Source: a virus
Taxonomy: Duplodnaviria; Caudoviricetes
IMG/VR virus record: IMGVR_UViG_3300025120_000054
Span: 1 to 58,836 of that record
DNA: 58,836 nt
Reading direction: 5' to 3' (one strand)
This document shows, one piece after another, positions 1 to 7,911 of the stretch. Below the pieces are notes generated by a model. It had not been told where the DNA came from and made no database searches. It saw only the letters and a list, made by a program, of their open reading frames with translations. A program made the translations under genes and the position numbers. Numbering within the stretch: the stretch's first letter is position 1; every line of letters begins with the position of its first letter.

Positions 1-127
1 CGTTTTAGAATCAAATGAAATAATTTCAAATTGTACCAGAATTGTTAAAGGTGACCAGAGGCCTCTGCTGGTGTTACCAGATGTCTCTCCATCTGCGCTG
101 GAAGGGAAGGCCTTCCCCTAGAAACCA
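1..127. repeat. Terminal 127-bp direct repeat, copy 1 (circular assembly overlap)
   Basis: Identical to 58710-58836; 127 is a common assembler k-mer length. Confidence 0.95.
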
Positions 128-514
128 TACGTTTACGGGGTGCATGTGTACCAGATGCTCTCCAGTACAAATCCGCTGCAACATAGATCGCGGACAGCTG
201 TCAAATTTTAGGGATCGCAGACCGATGCCTGAAGAATCGCGTATGTCAATAGTGACGGGGGATGCGGGGTGACGGGGTGCTAGGGAGACGATGACGAGCA
301 GAGGGGGAGCAGAGGGGAAGCAGAGGGGGAGAGCATCCAGAGAGCAGGGAGCAGTACACCATCCGTTACACGCCATAGTAAAAACGCCAAAAAATCCGAG
401 GTGCGCCAACGAAAACATCACCCCCCCATCGAATATAAAATCAGTTTGCCCAGCGCGAGCGCGCGCGTATAGTCTATAATAACCCAATTACTAAAGTCAT
501 CTAAAAAAATTTTT

Positions 515-522
515 TACCTTTG
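515..522 (+). promoter_or_regulatory. Bacteroidetes-type -7 promoter element TACCTTTG
   Basis: Matches TAnnTTTG; ATG follows at 527 (near-leaderless). Confidence 0.7.
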
Positions 523-526
523 TATC

Positions 527-688
527 ATGTCAGTATGGGAACTAGAGATACAGAGTAGATTTCGTATAGGCCCTGCTGTCGGGTTCAGTATTTACTTGTC
601 GGATACTGAGTATAATTACTCAGAGTTTATACTGTTCTTATTATTTATAAGTATTCATTTTAAATGGGAAGAACCATGGACGGACTAA
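527..688 (+). CDS. Small hypothetical protein, 53 aa (MSVWELEIQSRF...), not in the ORF track
   Basis: Translated by hand; directly after promoter and overlaps next gene start. Confidence 0.6.
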   Translation: MSVWELEIQSRFRIGPAVGFSIYLSDTEYNYSEFILFLLFISIHFKWEEPWTD

Positions 689-864
689 GAATAAAAGATG
701 GCCGATTAATTAATGATCGCCCTGAACCTGTGATAGGTTTGTATGATATGGCTCGTGCTAAGAAGGCACGCAAGAGAGCTGACAAAGTTGCAATGATAGC
801 TGAGGGTAATGCGATGGGTGAAGTATTAGAAATGATGCGTCCATCTATGCCGAAAAGGAGGTAG
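676..864 (+). CDS. Hypothetical protein (MDGLRIKDGRLIN...)
   Basis: ORF followed by terminator; ATG 676 preferred over 664. Confidence 0.7.
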   Translation: MDGLRIKDGRLINDRPEPVIGLYDMARAKKARKRADKVAMIAEGNAMGEVLEMMRPSMPKRR

Positions 865-886
865 AATTTACATTGATTATAATTTG

Positions 887-911
887 AGGGAGGTTCGTCC
901 TCCCTTTTTTT
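887..911 (+). terminator. Rho-independent terminator
   Basis: AGGGAGG-TTCGT-CCTCCCT followed by T-run. Confidence 0.85.
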
Positions 912-960
912 ATGTTTACTATTTTGTATTTTTTCTTTTACTATATACTATTATGTTAAT

Positions 961-1130
961 TTTCGACATAACTATGTTAATAATATGTCAATAATATATA
1001 GTTAAGTAATTGATAATCAAAGCCATGACAAAAATGTCGATTTTAAACCTACTCTGAAGAAATAAATTTACAATAAATAATAGTAATATATATATATATA
1101 ATAGAGAGATAATTTTCGACATTCGACATA
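961..1130. promoter_or_regulatory. Iteron/IHF-like element copy A (candidate replication origin)
   Basis: ATGTCRA/TCGACAT repeats, WATCAANNNNTTR match, AT-rich (TA)n core; same layout as 48388-48551. Confidence 0.6.
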
Positions 1131-1139
1131 AGCAAAATC

Positions 1140-1180
1140 TTTTTCCCATTAGGGGAAGTTTTTTCCCATTTAGGGGAATT
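1140..1180. repeat. Two tandem imperfect palindromes TTTTTCCCATT(T)AGGGGAA (operator-like)
   Basis: Seen directly upstream of the groEL promoter element. Confidence 0.6.
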
Positions 1181-1185
1181 TTTAT

Positions 1186-1193
1186 TACCTTTG
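1186..1193 (+). promoter_or_regulatory. -7 promoter element TACCTTTG for groEL operon
   Basis: TAnnTTTG about 20 bp before ATG 1215. Confidence 0.7.
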
Positions 1194-1214
1194 ACCAAAT
1201 CAAATCCAATACAT

Positions 1215-2828
1215 ATGAATCCATCAGGTTACAATCCTAAAGACCTAATCTTCGATGATGTTGCCAGAGGCAAGTTGATTTCGGGGATAGAGAAAATCGC
1301 CAAAGCAGTAAAGAGTACACTAGGCCCTATGGGGCAGACTGTGCTAATTGAATCTCCGGAGCATACTCATTCGGTTACAGTTACCAAGGACGGTGTGACT
1401 GTTGCCAAGAGTATTGACCTCTTAGATCCTGTCGAGAACCTTGCGGTTAGAATAATGAAAGATGCCGCTAATAGTACAGCGAGTAGTGCTGGTGATGGCA
1501 CGACCACAGCAATTGTGTTAGCAGAAGCGATAGCTACCCTTGGTCTAAATGAGGAGACTCTTCGAGACTATGACAAGACTGAGGTGATACGCCACATTCA
1601 AAAGTGGACAGATGCCACCATCAATAGATTAACTTCTATGAGTAAAAAGCTAACGAAGTCTAAGATGCGAGACGTTGCTACAATCTCTGCGAACAATGAC
1701 AAGGAGATAGGTGCATTAATAACAGACGCATATACTGAGGTTGGCGTTGATGGGATAGTTACCGTTGAGAAGTCAATGACTGAGGATACATACTCCGAGG
1801 TTACCCATGGTATCAAGATAGACCGGGGGTATAGTTCAAACCTATTTGTCAACAATCAAAAGAAGGACGAGTGCATTATGGAGAATGTATATGTGATGAT
1901 GACCGATCACCCCATTGAGAACATACTACAGATTGAGGGGATATTGAAACCAATCGTTGAGAACCGAGCGTCATTACTAATAATAGGAAACTGCTCTCAG
2001 GGTGTGACCAATACCTTGGCTGCAAACGTGGTGAAGAATGGACTAAAATTTTGCAGTGTGATACCACCGCAGTTTGGTTACAAGTCTCACGAGCTGATGA
2101 GCGACATGGCGGTGGCACTAGGTGGGAAATATTTCCAGGAAGGTATGGGTGATGACCTCAGCCTTATGACCATCGATGACCTTGGTGTAGCATCAAAGGT
2201 GATAGTGGGTACAGGCTCAACTGTCATCATCAGAGAATCTGAGAAGGACGATGAGGTGATAGAGAGAGTAAAAGAGTTGGAGGTGCAATACAACAACACC
2301 ACTACTCCCAACGAGAAGAAATTTATCAAGGAGCGTATTGCGTGTTTGAATGGTGGGATAGGTGTGATATATGTTGGGGGTAACTCTGACGTAGAGCAAA
2401 AAGAAAAATTTGACCGCATCGATGATGCGGTGTGTGCTGTAAGATCAGCACAAGAAGAGGGGATTGTTGCCGGAGGAGGCGTAGCACTATTTGAGTGTTC
2501 CGAGCATTTGGCATCAGTACTCCCTACACTCTCAGGATCAGAGGCTCAGGCGATTGAGATATTAATGGAGGCGTATCAAGCACCCTTCCGTCAGATACTA
2601 GAGAACGCTGGCAAAGACCCCAACGAGGTGATAAACTCTATCATGTACAAAGACTCAGACACAGGATACAATTTAAAGACTGGTGAGTATGGTGATATGT
2701 TCAAGATGGGTGTTGTTGATCCATTGAAGGTTACAAAGAACGCATTAAAAAATGCAGTGAGTGTTGCCACCACAATCCTAAGTACTAATGCCATTGTGAC
2801 GATGGCGCGATCATACGAGACTGAATGA
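1215..2828 (+). CDS. groEL: Chaperonin GroEL (Cpn60), phage-encoded
   Basis: TLGP, VTKDGVTVAK, AGDGTTTA, EEGIVAGGG, GVVDP motifs; ATG 1215 preferred because the TTG at 1191 lies inside the promoter. Confidence 0.97.
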   Translation: MNPSGYNPKDLIFDDVARGKLISGIEKIAKAVKSTLGPMGQTVLIESPEHTHSVTVTKDGVTVAKSIDLLDPVENLAVRIMKDAANSTASSAGDGTTTAIVLAEAIATLGLNEETLRDYDKTEVIRHIQKWTDATINRLTSMSKKLTKSKMRDVATISANNDKEIGALITDAYTEVGVDGIVTVEKSMTEDTYSEVTHGIKIDRGYSSNLFVNNQKKDECIMENVYVMMTDHPIENILQIEGILKPIVENRASLLIIGNCSQGVTNTLAANVVKNGLKFCSVIPPQFGYKSHELMSDMAVALGGKYFQEGMGDDLSLMTIDDLGVASKVIVGTGSTVIIRESEKDDEVIERVKELEVQYNNTTTPNEKKFIKERIACLNGGIGVIYVGGNSDVEQKEKFDRIDDAVCAVRSAQEEGIVAGGGVALFECSEHLASVLPTLSGSEAQAIEILMEAYQAPFRQILENAGKDPNEVINSIMYKDSDTGYNLKTGEYGDMFKMGVVDPLKVTKNALKNAVSVATTILSTNAIVTMARSYETE

Positions 2829-2935
2829 GTGAGGCAATGATAATTGCATTGATGGAGAAGTATCCCAACGATGCAGACCTAGGTAAGGAGATACGAAAGA
2901 TAGCAACCAGTCTTAAAAAACAAAAAGCAAAATGA
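2825..2935 (+). CDS. Small hypothetical protein, 36 aa (KYPNDADLGKEIR)
   Basis: Fills the gap with ATGA overlaps at both ends. Confidence 0.7.
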   Translation: MSEAMIIALMEKYPNDADLGKEIRKIATSLKKQKAK

Positions 2936-3192
2936 GCAAAGTACTAGAAGGAATAATAGAGCATTATGCGGAAGAAACATTTTTAAAAGCTGATGGGTTT
3001 GACGATGCTGTGATTGGTGTTGAAGAGCCTTCACTGCGACTAATATATTCGGTAGGCAAATGCATAGAGATTCTTATTACTGAGGAGGACATGGAACTGG
3101 AGGATGCCCTTGAGCATTTTAATTACAATGTGTCTGGCTCATATGTTGGAGAGAAGACTCCAATCTGGTCACAAGATATGTTCTTATTATAA
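2932..3192 (+). CDS. Conserved phage hypothetical protein
   Basis: ADGFDDAVIG and FNYNVSGSYVGEKTP motifs typical of aquatic phage proteins. Confidence 0.75.
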   Translation: MSKVLEGIIEHYAEETFLKADGFDDAVIGVEEPSLRLIYSVGKCIEILITEEDMELEDALEHFNYNVSGSYVGEKTPIWSQDMFLL

Positions 3193-3639
3193 ATGAGTGG
3201 TCTGTACATTGTTCCTATAAAGCAAAGAGAAGCTAAAGATTTTATAAACAAAAATCACCGCCATCATAAAGCACCTGCTGGAAGCATATTTCAAATTGCA
3301 GTTGCTAAAGATAAAAACATCGTTGGTGTAGCTATGGTTGGAAGACCTGTATCTAGAAATCTAGACAACGGTTGGACGTTAGAAGTAAATAGACTTTGTA
3401 CTGATGGAACAAGAAATGCATGTTCAATGTTGTACAGTGCTAGCTGGAGAGTTGCAAAAAACTTAGGATATAAAAAACTAATAACATATATTTTAAAATC
3501 TGAGTCAGGTGTCAGTCTTAAAGCATCAGGATGGAAACTTATCGGTGAAGCGGGAGGCGGGAGCTGGAATAAAAAATCTAGACCCAGGGTTGATAAACAT
3601 CCCACTCAGTTAAAATTAAAATTTGAAAAATCAATTTAA
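3193..3639 (+). CDS. XF1762-family protein (GNAT/Mom-like fold, possible DNA modification)
   Basis: HRHH, VGVAMVGRPVSR, LEVNRLCTDG, NACSMLY, ITYIL..ESG.SLKASGW. Confidence 0.8.
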   Translation: MSGLYIVPIKQREAKDFINKNHRHHKAPAGSIFQIAVAKDKNIVGVAMVGRPVSRNLDNGWTLEVNRLCTDGTRNACSMLYSASWRVAKNLGYKKLITYILKSESGVSLKASGWKLIGEAGGGSWNKKSRPRVDKHPTQLKLKFEKSI

Positions 3640-3640
3640 T

Positions 3641-3898
3641 ATGAAAGCAATAAACAAATACCTAATCATCGATCCGATAACTGAGGAGATGAAAACAGAG
3701 TCAGGGTTATTGATGACCTCTACTGACACGAAGCAGATTCGATACAAGAAGGCAAAGGTAGTGTCACCTGGTAGCGAGGTGAATGTAATCAAGGAAGGAG
3801 ATGTAGTATACTACGATGGTCATGCTGGTCACACGATGCTATTGAACGAGCATCCATATACCATCATTCAAGAGCGTGACGTTGTTGTTGTTGAATAG
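3641..3898 (+). CDS. groES: Co-chaperonin GroES (Cpn10)
   Basis: KTESGLLM mobile loop, KVVSPG, IKEGDVVYY, IIQERDVV. Confidence 0.9.
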   Translation: MKAINKYLIIDPITEEMKTESGLLMTSTDTKQIRYKKAKVVSPGSEVNVIKEGDVVYYDGHAGHTMLLNEHPYTIIQERDVVVVE

Positions 3899-4337
3899 AT
3901 GCATTGATCTTCATAATATATTCCCGGTAGGCTCTATCATTATATCCGACATCTGATTTAAACATAGGTGCATTTTCTGAGAACTCTTTACCATTGAGTT
4001 TGTCATAGACATTTGACACCATACGTTTACCTTTGAACGACAATTCATATAGTGCCTTTTCATTGTGCGTATGGTTTCTCCACTTGACAATCCAATCTCT
4101 AGAGAGTAATGACTTGAATCTATTCTTATTCCAACCAACAAGTTTATTGAACTCATCGAACTGATCCTTATTAAATATTCCTTCGCTATAAAGAAAGAGC
4201 ATCATATCTAGTTCACCTAATGTGATGTCATACTTATTGCGAGTCCAATACTTCACGACTCGCCAGTACTTCATATAATCTCTAGGGGGTTCAGTTCTAT
4301 CGTAGTTTTTTCTACGTCTTGTTTTATACTTAGCCAT
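3864..4337 (-). CDS. Winged-helix (MarR-like) DNA-binding protein
   Basis: ITLGELDMMLFL...LLSRDWI...LYELSFKGK pattern; has its own promoter. Confidence 0.65.
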   Translation of the reverse strand: MAKYKTRRRKNYDRTEPPRDYMKYWRVVKYWTRNKYDITLGELDMMLFLYSEGIFNKDQFDEFNKLVGWNKNRFKSLLSRDWIVKWRNHTHNEKALYELSFKGKRMVSNVYDKLNGKEFSENAPMFKSDVGYNDRAYREYIMKINASIQQQQRHALE

Positions 4338-4352
4338 TAAATTTTAATTTAT

Positions 4353-4371
4353 TAAATTTGTAACAAAGATA
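4353..4371. promoter_or_regulatory. Closely spaced opposing -7 elements (TAAATTTG on +, TATCTTTG on -)
   Basis: 4353-4360 (+) and 4364-4371 (-) in the 40-bp gap between divergent genes. Confidence 0.7.
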
Positions 4372-4377
4372 GTTAAT

Positions 4378-4887
4378 ATGGCTAAGAGTGGTAGAGTAAA
4401 GAAAAAGAAGAAACGTGTAACGCGTACAACTAATTCGGACGGTAATGTTACTAAGAGAAGAACAAAGCGAAGTGGTGATGTCGTTATAAAAACTGTAAAA
4501 AAGCCAAACCGTGTTAAGAGCGACCCAACCCCTAAGCCTCCTGTTCCAAAGGATAATCGAACAAAAGAACAGAAGAAATCAGATAAAGAATTGCAGAAAA
4601 AAATAGCTGCTGATTTAAAAGCTAAGGCTGATGCCAACCCTAAACCAAAAAAGAAAAAAATTAAATACGCATCCCCACAAAAAGTTAAAAAAGATAAAAG
4701 AAGTGTTAATAAAGTAGTTATTGAAGCTGAAGATAATTCATCTCCAAAACCAAAAGGAAAATATAAACCTATAAAAAGAGGGATTCAAATTAACCGTTCT
4801 AAAACAGGAGGCGGAGGTAGAAGAAGAAATAACACCGCTATCCAAAGAGGTAAAGGTTTTTTTGGTAAAAATAAAAGAATAAAATAA
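4378..4887 (+). CDS. Lys/Arg-rich basic protein
   Basis: 169 aa, low complexity, first gene after promoter. Confidence 0.75.
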   Translation: MAKSGRVKKKKKRVTRTTNSDGNVTKRRTKRSGDVVIKTVKKPNRVKSDPTPKPPVPKDNRTKEQKKSDKELQKKIAADLKAKADANPKPKKKKIKYASPQKVKKDKRSVNKVVIEAEDNSSPKPKGKYKPIKRGIQINRSKTGGGGRRRNNTAIQRGKGFFGKNKRIK

Positions 4888-4891
4888 GAAT

Positions 4892-5062
4892 ATGGCAGTA
4901 GCAAAGAGAGGTAGAGTAAAAAAGAAAAGTAATAAGATATGCCCCGCGGGTATTGCTTGGGCCAAGAGAACTTTTGACACCTATCCATCGGTATATGCTA
5001 ATCTTGCTGCAAGTAAATATTGTAAAGACCCAAACTACGCTAAGGGTTCAAAAAATAAATAA
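4892..5062 (+). CDS. Small basic protein, 56 aa (ICPAGIAWAKRTFDTYPSVYAN)
   Basis: Translated by hand; YPSxYAN motif recurrent in aquatic phage small proteins. Confidence 0.75.
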   Translation: MAVAKRGRVKKKSNKICPAGIAWAKRTFDTYPSVYANLAASKYCKDPNYAKGSKNK

Positions 5063-5064
5063 CT

Positions 5065-5307
5065 ATGGCTACTAAAAAATTTAAGAAGCACAATATGTAT
5101 AGTAAGACAGGTGTAACAAAAGTTGCCTCTACCTTAGCTCAGCATAATGCTCTAAAGAAAAAGGGATATACGCACACAAAAAAAAATGACGCAATGAATC
5201 TAAAGCAAATGAAGGAAGTTGTAAAGCAACTGAAGGGAGCCTCTAAGATGCACGCTCAGCAAGCTGCAAAAATTGAGAAGATGATTAAATCTCAAACAAA
5301 AAAATAA
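5065..5307 (+). CDS. Small basic protein (possible fusion of two small genes)
   Basis: ORF in tightly packed cluster. Confidence 0.7.
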   Translation: MATKKFKKHNMYSKTGVTKVASTLAQHNALKKKGYTHTKKNDAMNLKQMKEVVKQLKGASKMHAQQAAKIEKMIKSQTKK

Positions 5308-5427
5308 ATGAGTAAGTTAAGTAAAAAGCAGAGAAAGATTGCAAGGGCAGCAATGCCATTCGATAAAATTACTGCTGATGATTTTAAAATTTTAAAACAA
5401 AAAACAAATGCCAACAGTAAATTATAA
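5308..5427 (+). CDS. Small basic protein, 39 aa (KITADDFK)
   Basis: Translated by hand; abuts upstream stop. Confidence 0.65.
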   Translation: MSKLSKKQRKIARAAMPFDKITADDFKILKQKTNANSKL

Positions 5428-5578
5428 GTGTGGAGACACAGGAAAGATGAAGACTAAAGTATTCCCATATAATGCAGTGGGTAAAGCTCAAGCTAGTGAG
5501 TTTGCAAAGACTATGAAGGGTTCTATGAAAAACAACCCCGGTTATGGTATGGAGAAAAAAATGAAGTCCTCATACTAA
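5408..5578 (+). CDS. Small basic protein, 56 aa (KVFPYNAVGK)
   Basis: Translated by hand; A-rich leader; ends 1 bp before next ATG. Confidence 0.7.
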   Translation: MPTVNYKCGDTGKMKTKVFPYNAVGKAQASEFAKTMKGSMKNNPGYGMEKKMKSSY

Positions 5579-5579
5579 T

Positions 5580-5831
5580 ATGGGTGAGCTTAAGAAGTGG
5601 CTAGAGGAGAAATGGGTACGCATAGGTACTGATGGCTCTATCAAGGGTGCTTGTGGCACAAGCAAGAACAAGAAGAATCCCGATAGGTGTTTACCATTGA
5701 AGAAGGCTCAGAGTATGACTAAGGCAGAGCGTAGAAGAACTGCTCGTAAAAAGAAACGTGAAGGTCGAAAAGGTAAGCAGGTCGTGTCTAACACTCCGGC
5801 AGGCAAAGTCACAAAACAATACACTAAGTAA
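5580..5831 (+). CDS. Small basic Cys-containing protein (DUF5872-like)
   Basis: LKKWLEEKWV...CG...RCLP motif. Confidence 0.7.
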   Translation: MGELKKWLEEKWVRIGTDGSIKGACGTSKNKKNPDRCLPLKKAQSMTKAERRRTARKKKREGRKGKQVVSNTPAGKVTKQYTK

Positions 5832-6121
5832 TGGCACAGAAGAGTAAGATGAAATGCAACCGAGTGGTTGCTTCTGATCGTGCAGGTAAGAAGAAGATGG
5901 TGAAAGCCTGTGAGGCTGGCAAGGAGAAGTTAATTCACTTTGGTGCTAAGGGCTATGGTCACAACTATTCTGCGGCAGCTCGCAAGTCATTCAAGGCACG
6001 CCACAAGTGTAACACCGCTAAGTCAAAACTTACTGCACGCTACTGGTCGTGTAAAAATCTATGGGCTGGTAAAGGTGGAAGCACAAAGTCATCACCAAAA
6101 AATCGCCAAGGAAAATATTAG
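5831..6121 (+). CDS. Small basic protein (DUF6321/DUF5754-like)
   Basis: KLIHFG...RKSFKARHKC...TARYWSC motif. Confidence 0.75.
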   Translation: MAQKSKMKCNRVVASDRAGKKKMVKACEAGKEKLIHFGAKGYGHNYSAAARKSFKARHKCNTAKSKLTARYWSCKNLWAGKGGSTKSSPKNRQGKY

Positions 6122-6129
6122 TATATTTG
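6122..6129 (+). promoter_or_regulatory. -7 promoter element TATATTTG
   Basis: TAnnTTTG 15 bp before ATG 6145. Confidence 0.65.
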
Positions 6130-6144
6130 TAAAAACAAAAAACA

Positions 6145-6354
6145 ATGAAGCAAGGATATAACGCAAGACTCGATGAGTCATTAGGAATGAAGCACAGAGG
6201 TGCTAAGAGTCAGTCAATGAAATCTCGTAGAGACGAATCTAAAGGAATGGCTAAGGCTATGACTGGTCACGCCTACAGTGGAGATCATGCTATGAAAGAA
6301 AATGCTTACCCAAAAAGCGTAAAGTCTCACTTAGGCGGGTTAATCCGTAAGTAA
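6145..6354 (+). CDS. Small basic protein (QGYNARLDESLG...SRRDESKG)
   Basis: ORF with promoter and A-rich leader. Confidence 0.75.
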   Translation: MKQGYNARLDESLGMKHRGAKSQSMKSRRDESKGMAKAMTGHAYSGDHAMKENAYPKSVKSHLGGLIRK

Positions 6355-6461
6355 TGGGCAAGGCTTTAGTATGGTTAGGTAATAAAATCATTTCATTTGG
6401 ATTGAAGTGTAAGAGAACTTGGAATAAGTTCATTAGAAAGTTAATGTTTAAAAATATATAA
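6354..6461 (+). CDS. Small amphipathic basic peptide, 35 aa
   Basis: Translated by hand (MGKALVWLGNKIISFGLK...); TAATG coupling. Confidence 0.6.
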   Translation: MGKALVWLGNKIISFGLKCKRTWNKFIRKLMFKNI

Positions 6462-6462
6462 G

Positions 6463-7173
6463 ATGGCATATAGAATATCAATACCGTTAGCCGAAACTCA
6501 GTTTCCGGGTGATGACAAACCTAAGAAGAAGAAAATCAAGAGAAAGGATAGAAAAGTATTATCTAAAGCTACATCTTCCGGTAAAGCCGCTGATTATAAA
6601 TATACTATGCCTGTACCGGGTTCTGTCAAGGGAGACGCAGTAACGGTAAAGAAAAAGAAATACAAAGGTGAATTAACTCCTAAGCAAAAAAAGAGAATTT
6701 CACGGATTGAAAAGAGTGACAAGAATAAAGAGAAAAGAAATCCAAGTATTAAGTCTAACCGTGCAAAAATTAAACAAAACAAGATAAAAGAAAAAAATCT
6801 TAAAAAAGATACCGATAAAAAAAACAAAGCAAAACAAAAAGCCGCGTTTGAGTATTTTAAACAAAACAAGATAAAAGAAAAAAATCTTAAAAAAGATACC
6901 GATAAAAAAAACAAAGCAAAACAAAAAGCCGCGTTTGACAGATTGACTCCGGAAGAAAAAAAACGAGCAAAGAAAACATCACGTCAACAAACGTTTGGAG
7001 GAATACGAAATACAATTACAAAAGACTTAGGCATTAGGTTTAAAAAATCTGACCAAGCGGGTAAGAAAAATATGAAAGGCAGAAACGACCCCAATAAAGG
7101 TACAGCAGGACAGAACACAAGAAAAACAAAACAAAGCTGTAAAAAAAATAGAAGTGCTTCGGGTTGTAAGTAA
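6463..7173 (+). CDS. Lys-rich basic protein with internal duplication
   Basis: 236 aa; 29-aa period duplication. Confidence 0.75.
   Translation: MAYRISIPLAETQFPGDDKPKKKKIKRKDRKVLSKATSSGKAADYKYTMPVPGSVKGDAVTVKKKKYKGELTPKQKKRISRIEKSDKNKEKRNPSIKSNRAKIKQNKIKEKNLKKDTDKKNKAKQKAAFEYFKQNKIKEKNLKKDTDKKNKAKQKAAFDRLTPEEKKRAKKTSRQQTFGGIRNTITKDLGIRFKKSDQAGKKNMKGRNDPNKGTAGQNTRKTKQSCKKNRSASGCK
6770..6938 (+). repeat. 82-bp perfect direct duplication with 87-bp period
   Basis: 6770-6851 is identical to 6857-6938; frame preserved. Confidence 0.9.
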
Positions 7174-7183
7174 TATATAAAGT

Positions 7184-7369
7184 ATGGCATACAAACAGAA
7201 ACCAACTTTTAATCAACCAAGCCGAGGTCTTGGAGATAGCATTGAGAAGTTTACAAAAGCTACAGGAATAAAAACTGTAGTCAATAAAGTTTCAAATGCT
7301 ATTGGTAAAGACTGTGGGTGTGATGAACGTAGAGATTCTTTGAATAGAGTATTTCCTTTTAAAAAATAA
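7184..7369 (+). CDS. Conserved small phage protein (GLGDSIEKFTKATGIK...DCGC)
   Basis: Motif typical of flavobacterial phages. Confidence 0.8.
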   Translation: MAYKQKPTFNQPSRGLGDSIEKFTKATGIKTVVNKVSNAIGKDCGCDERRDSLNRVFPFKK

Positions 7370-7380
7370 AAAAAAACAAA

Positions 7381-7857
7381 ATGGCTTATCAAAAATTACA
7401 GGCTTACAGAGCTTTAGAGGTAATAAAAAATAACACTGTAGATATTCCAAACCCTGCAATGCTTGCGGTTAGCAGTACCACTACCTCTAACTCACCAACA
7501 AAGCTTATAGACACTTCGCAAAATTTTACCACCAATGGAGTAAATATCGGTGACATTGTGTATACAGGCGGTGTTGCTATGACAGTAACCGCTATAGACA
7601 GTGCAGACACTTTGACTGTTACAGGAGTGGTAGCCTCCGGAGCTGCTTATATTATATATAATAATTCAGGAGATCCCAACAATGGTTGTGTTCTTTATGT
7701 TGGAACAGCAGGAGACTTAAAAGTAATTACAGCGGGAGGTGACACAGTTGAATTTATTGGCGTGTTAGCAGGTTCTTTTATACCGGTGCAAGTAACAAGA
7801 GTTTTTAAAACAGGAACAACAGGAACGTCAGCCGCAGATATTTTAGCGTTGTGGTAG
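7381..7857 (+). CDS. Head spike base-like structural protein (Rcc01079-like C-terminus)
   Basis: LYVGTAGDLKV...GSFIPVQVTRVFKTGTT. Confidence 0.7.
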   Translation: MAYQKLQAYRALEVIKNNTVDIPNPAMLAVSSTTTSNSPTKLIDTSQNFTTNGVNIGDIVYTGGVAMTVTAIDSADTLTVTGVVASGAAYIIYNNSGDPNNGCVLYVGTAGDLKVITAGGDTVEFIGVLAGSFIPVQVTRVFKTGTTGTSAADILALW

Positions 7858-7911
7858 TATTCTATTCCACCGTATCGGTGGATGTAAAAATAAATTATGA
7901 AATAGTTAGTG

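Noticed and set aside
42-487. ORFs 42-272, 74-487 and 291-479
   Set aside because: They arise from GC-rich, palindromic and repeat DNA; no Bacteroidetes-like leader or protein-like composition
988-1224. Minus-strand 78-aa ORF
   Set aside because: Runs through the AT-rich iteron element and (TA)n tract
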